The notes below the pieces were generated by a model, which worked only from the letters and a program-made list of their open reading frames with translations, was not told the origin of the DNA and searched no databases. A DNA stretch of 64,000 nt from NCBI GenBank assembly GCA_000182565.2, contig KQ257452.1. The stretch is one strand, 5' to 3'. Position numbers and translations under genes: made by a program. Positions 62,579 to 64,000 of this stretch are shown here, in pieces. The DNA comes from Spizellomyces punctatus DAOM BR117 (lineage: Eukaryota). Every line of letters begins with the position of its first letter. Position 1 is the first letter of the stretch.

Positions 62579-64000
62579 TTACATACCTACAAGCCTCTTT
62601 AAACCCCTCCACCTCCGTTTCTTCATCATACTATCCAAACGAGGGGGCGGGATAAACACCCTCGATTTAGGGGTACCGTTAGAGTTTGTGGGGTGAATAG
62701 AGTAGGGTTGGGTGGGTGTGATGGGTTCCAAAAGCAAAGTGTCGTGAGTGGATTCATTGGAATGGGTATTCAGTGCGTTGCAAGAGGACTTGCATGCAGA
62801 GGACATTTCCAACACACGTTCACCATCTTGAACCACACGTTGAGTGGTGGAATCTCCACTCCGAATTTTTCCATACGTCCTCCTCGAGCTTTGAACAGGC
62901 CTTAAAACCGCCCGTTGAGAATCCAATGACGGCCGCTCAAGTCGATCAATCGTCGTAGAGTACTCAATTAACGCTGTCGTCTTGTCTTTTGGATGCGGGT
63001 CTTCTTGGATCGTAAGCGAACGTCGTGTCCCCGCAAAACTTGAAGTTTTCGCAGGTCGAGGAGAGTAAGTCGTGTTGAGTTTATCATCCCAACGTACAAT
63101 CTCCTCACTCTTTGATTTACGTAACGTGGCTCTCTGTAACTCAAAACAAGGTTCACGGAGTCGGTTGACGCCTAATGTGTAGTTGAGTAAAATGGCGTTC
63201 AAGAGGGCTTCGTTGCCTGAATTTGAGAGTTGGCGTGTGAGGGACGGGAGGGAGGATACCCTAATCTCCTATCCAAAAAAAAAAAAAAAAAAACGTAAAT
63301 ACACTTATCATCCAAAAAAAAAACAATAAAAGACAGTACCTGACTCCACTCCCTCTTCCACTCCTCCAGATCCGAAACCCTCCTTCCCTGCTCTCTAAAC
63401 CCATCCGTCGACACCACACTCTGGAAATTCAACCACTCGTCAATAGTAGGTGTGGTTGGGCGGTCGGGACGTGGACTGGCGGGTGGTGTCACAGGAGTCT
63501 GAATCGGTGGACTGAGAATGGGGGGAAGGTCCAGTGGATGGAACATGGCGCCGAAACCGTTTGTGGTGGAGAGTGAGGAATGGGTTAGTGAGGCTGTGGA
63601 GGGGTAGGATCGGGAAGAGCGGGTTGAGGAGGAGGATACTGGGCGGGAAGTCCTATAATAAACAACATTGTAAATATCATTTCAAAGGATGTTTTATTGG
63701 TACACGTTCAGAGGTAAAAACTTACCGTCTCGTTTTCCGTTCCAACGTATCATTCAACTTTTCCGGCTGGAACGCATACGGATCATTCGCCAACTCCAAC
63801 GGCGGGGTCGGGAACTGATCGACCAACCTCCGAATCCCCTCATTCGTAACCCCCTCCGACCCCGACGCTGACGCAGATCCAGATTGAACAGACTGCACAT
63901 CATCACTTAAGGACGCATGTGCACTTGACGGCGATTTCCGGGAAGGAGAAGCAAGTTCCAATGAATCCCGGGCGTTTTTGATGGCATGGGGATTCACAAC
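62579..64000 (-). CDS. Hypothetical Pro/Ser-rich protein, 3' part (start outside the window)
   Basis: ORFs 63722-63997, 63199-63546 and 62579-63202 are separated by GT-AG introns (~63653-63725, ~63270-63339). No recognisable domain. Confidence 0.6.

Overview
Gene-dense, intron-rich eukaryotic DNA. Introns are mostly about 45-110 nt and GT-AG, with several AAG acceptors and some GC donors. Fungal-type genes (Vsb1-like SulP-STAS-cNMP transporter, Whi5/Nrm1 motif, CnjB-like zinc-knuckle protein) occur together with genes I associate with flagellated opisthokonts (LRRC34-like, AIP-like), so an early-diverging zoosporic fungus (chytrid-like) is my inference. About 23 protein-coding genes can be assembled by hand. 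They include a MATA-type HMG-box factor (truncated by the window), a ~2,000-aa type II membrane mucin-stalk/LRR protein, an SDR, a Whi5/Nrm1-like protein, CLASP/Stu1, UPF2, LanCL, NPR3, VSB1-like, AIP-like, ATG13, LRRC34-like, a rhodanese, an alpha-arrestin, BAP31, a PPR protein, an S9A peptidase, a CCHC multi-knuckle protein and SHP1/p47. Four observations stand out: (1) the mucin-LRR surface protein has a plant-like LRR cap and symmetric phase-2 exons, mostly one LRR each; (2) the Whi5/Nrm1-like repressor has a CGCGT cluster in its own promoter; (3) from ~49.4 kb there is a compositional domain where gene 3' ends turn G/T-rich on the coding strand, with microsatellites and degenerate TTAGGG repeats; (4) NPR3, VSB1 and ATG13 form a nutrient-signalling neighbourhood. 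All exon structures and family calls are manual, from motif recall; no searches were run.
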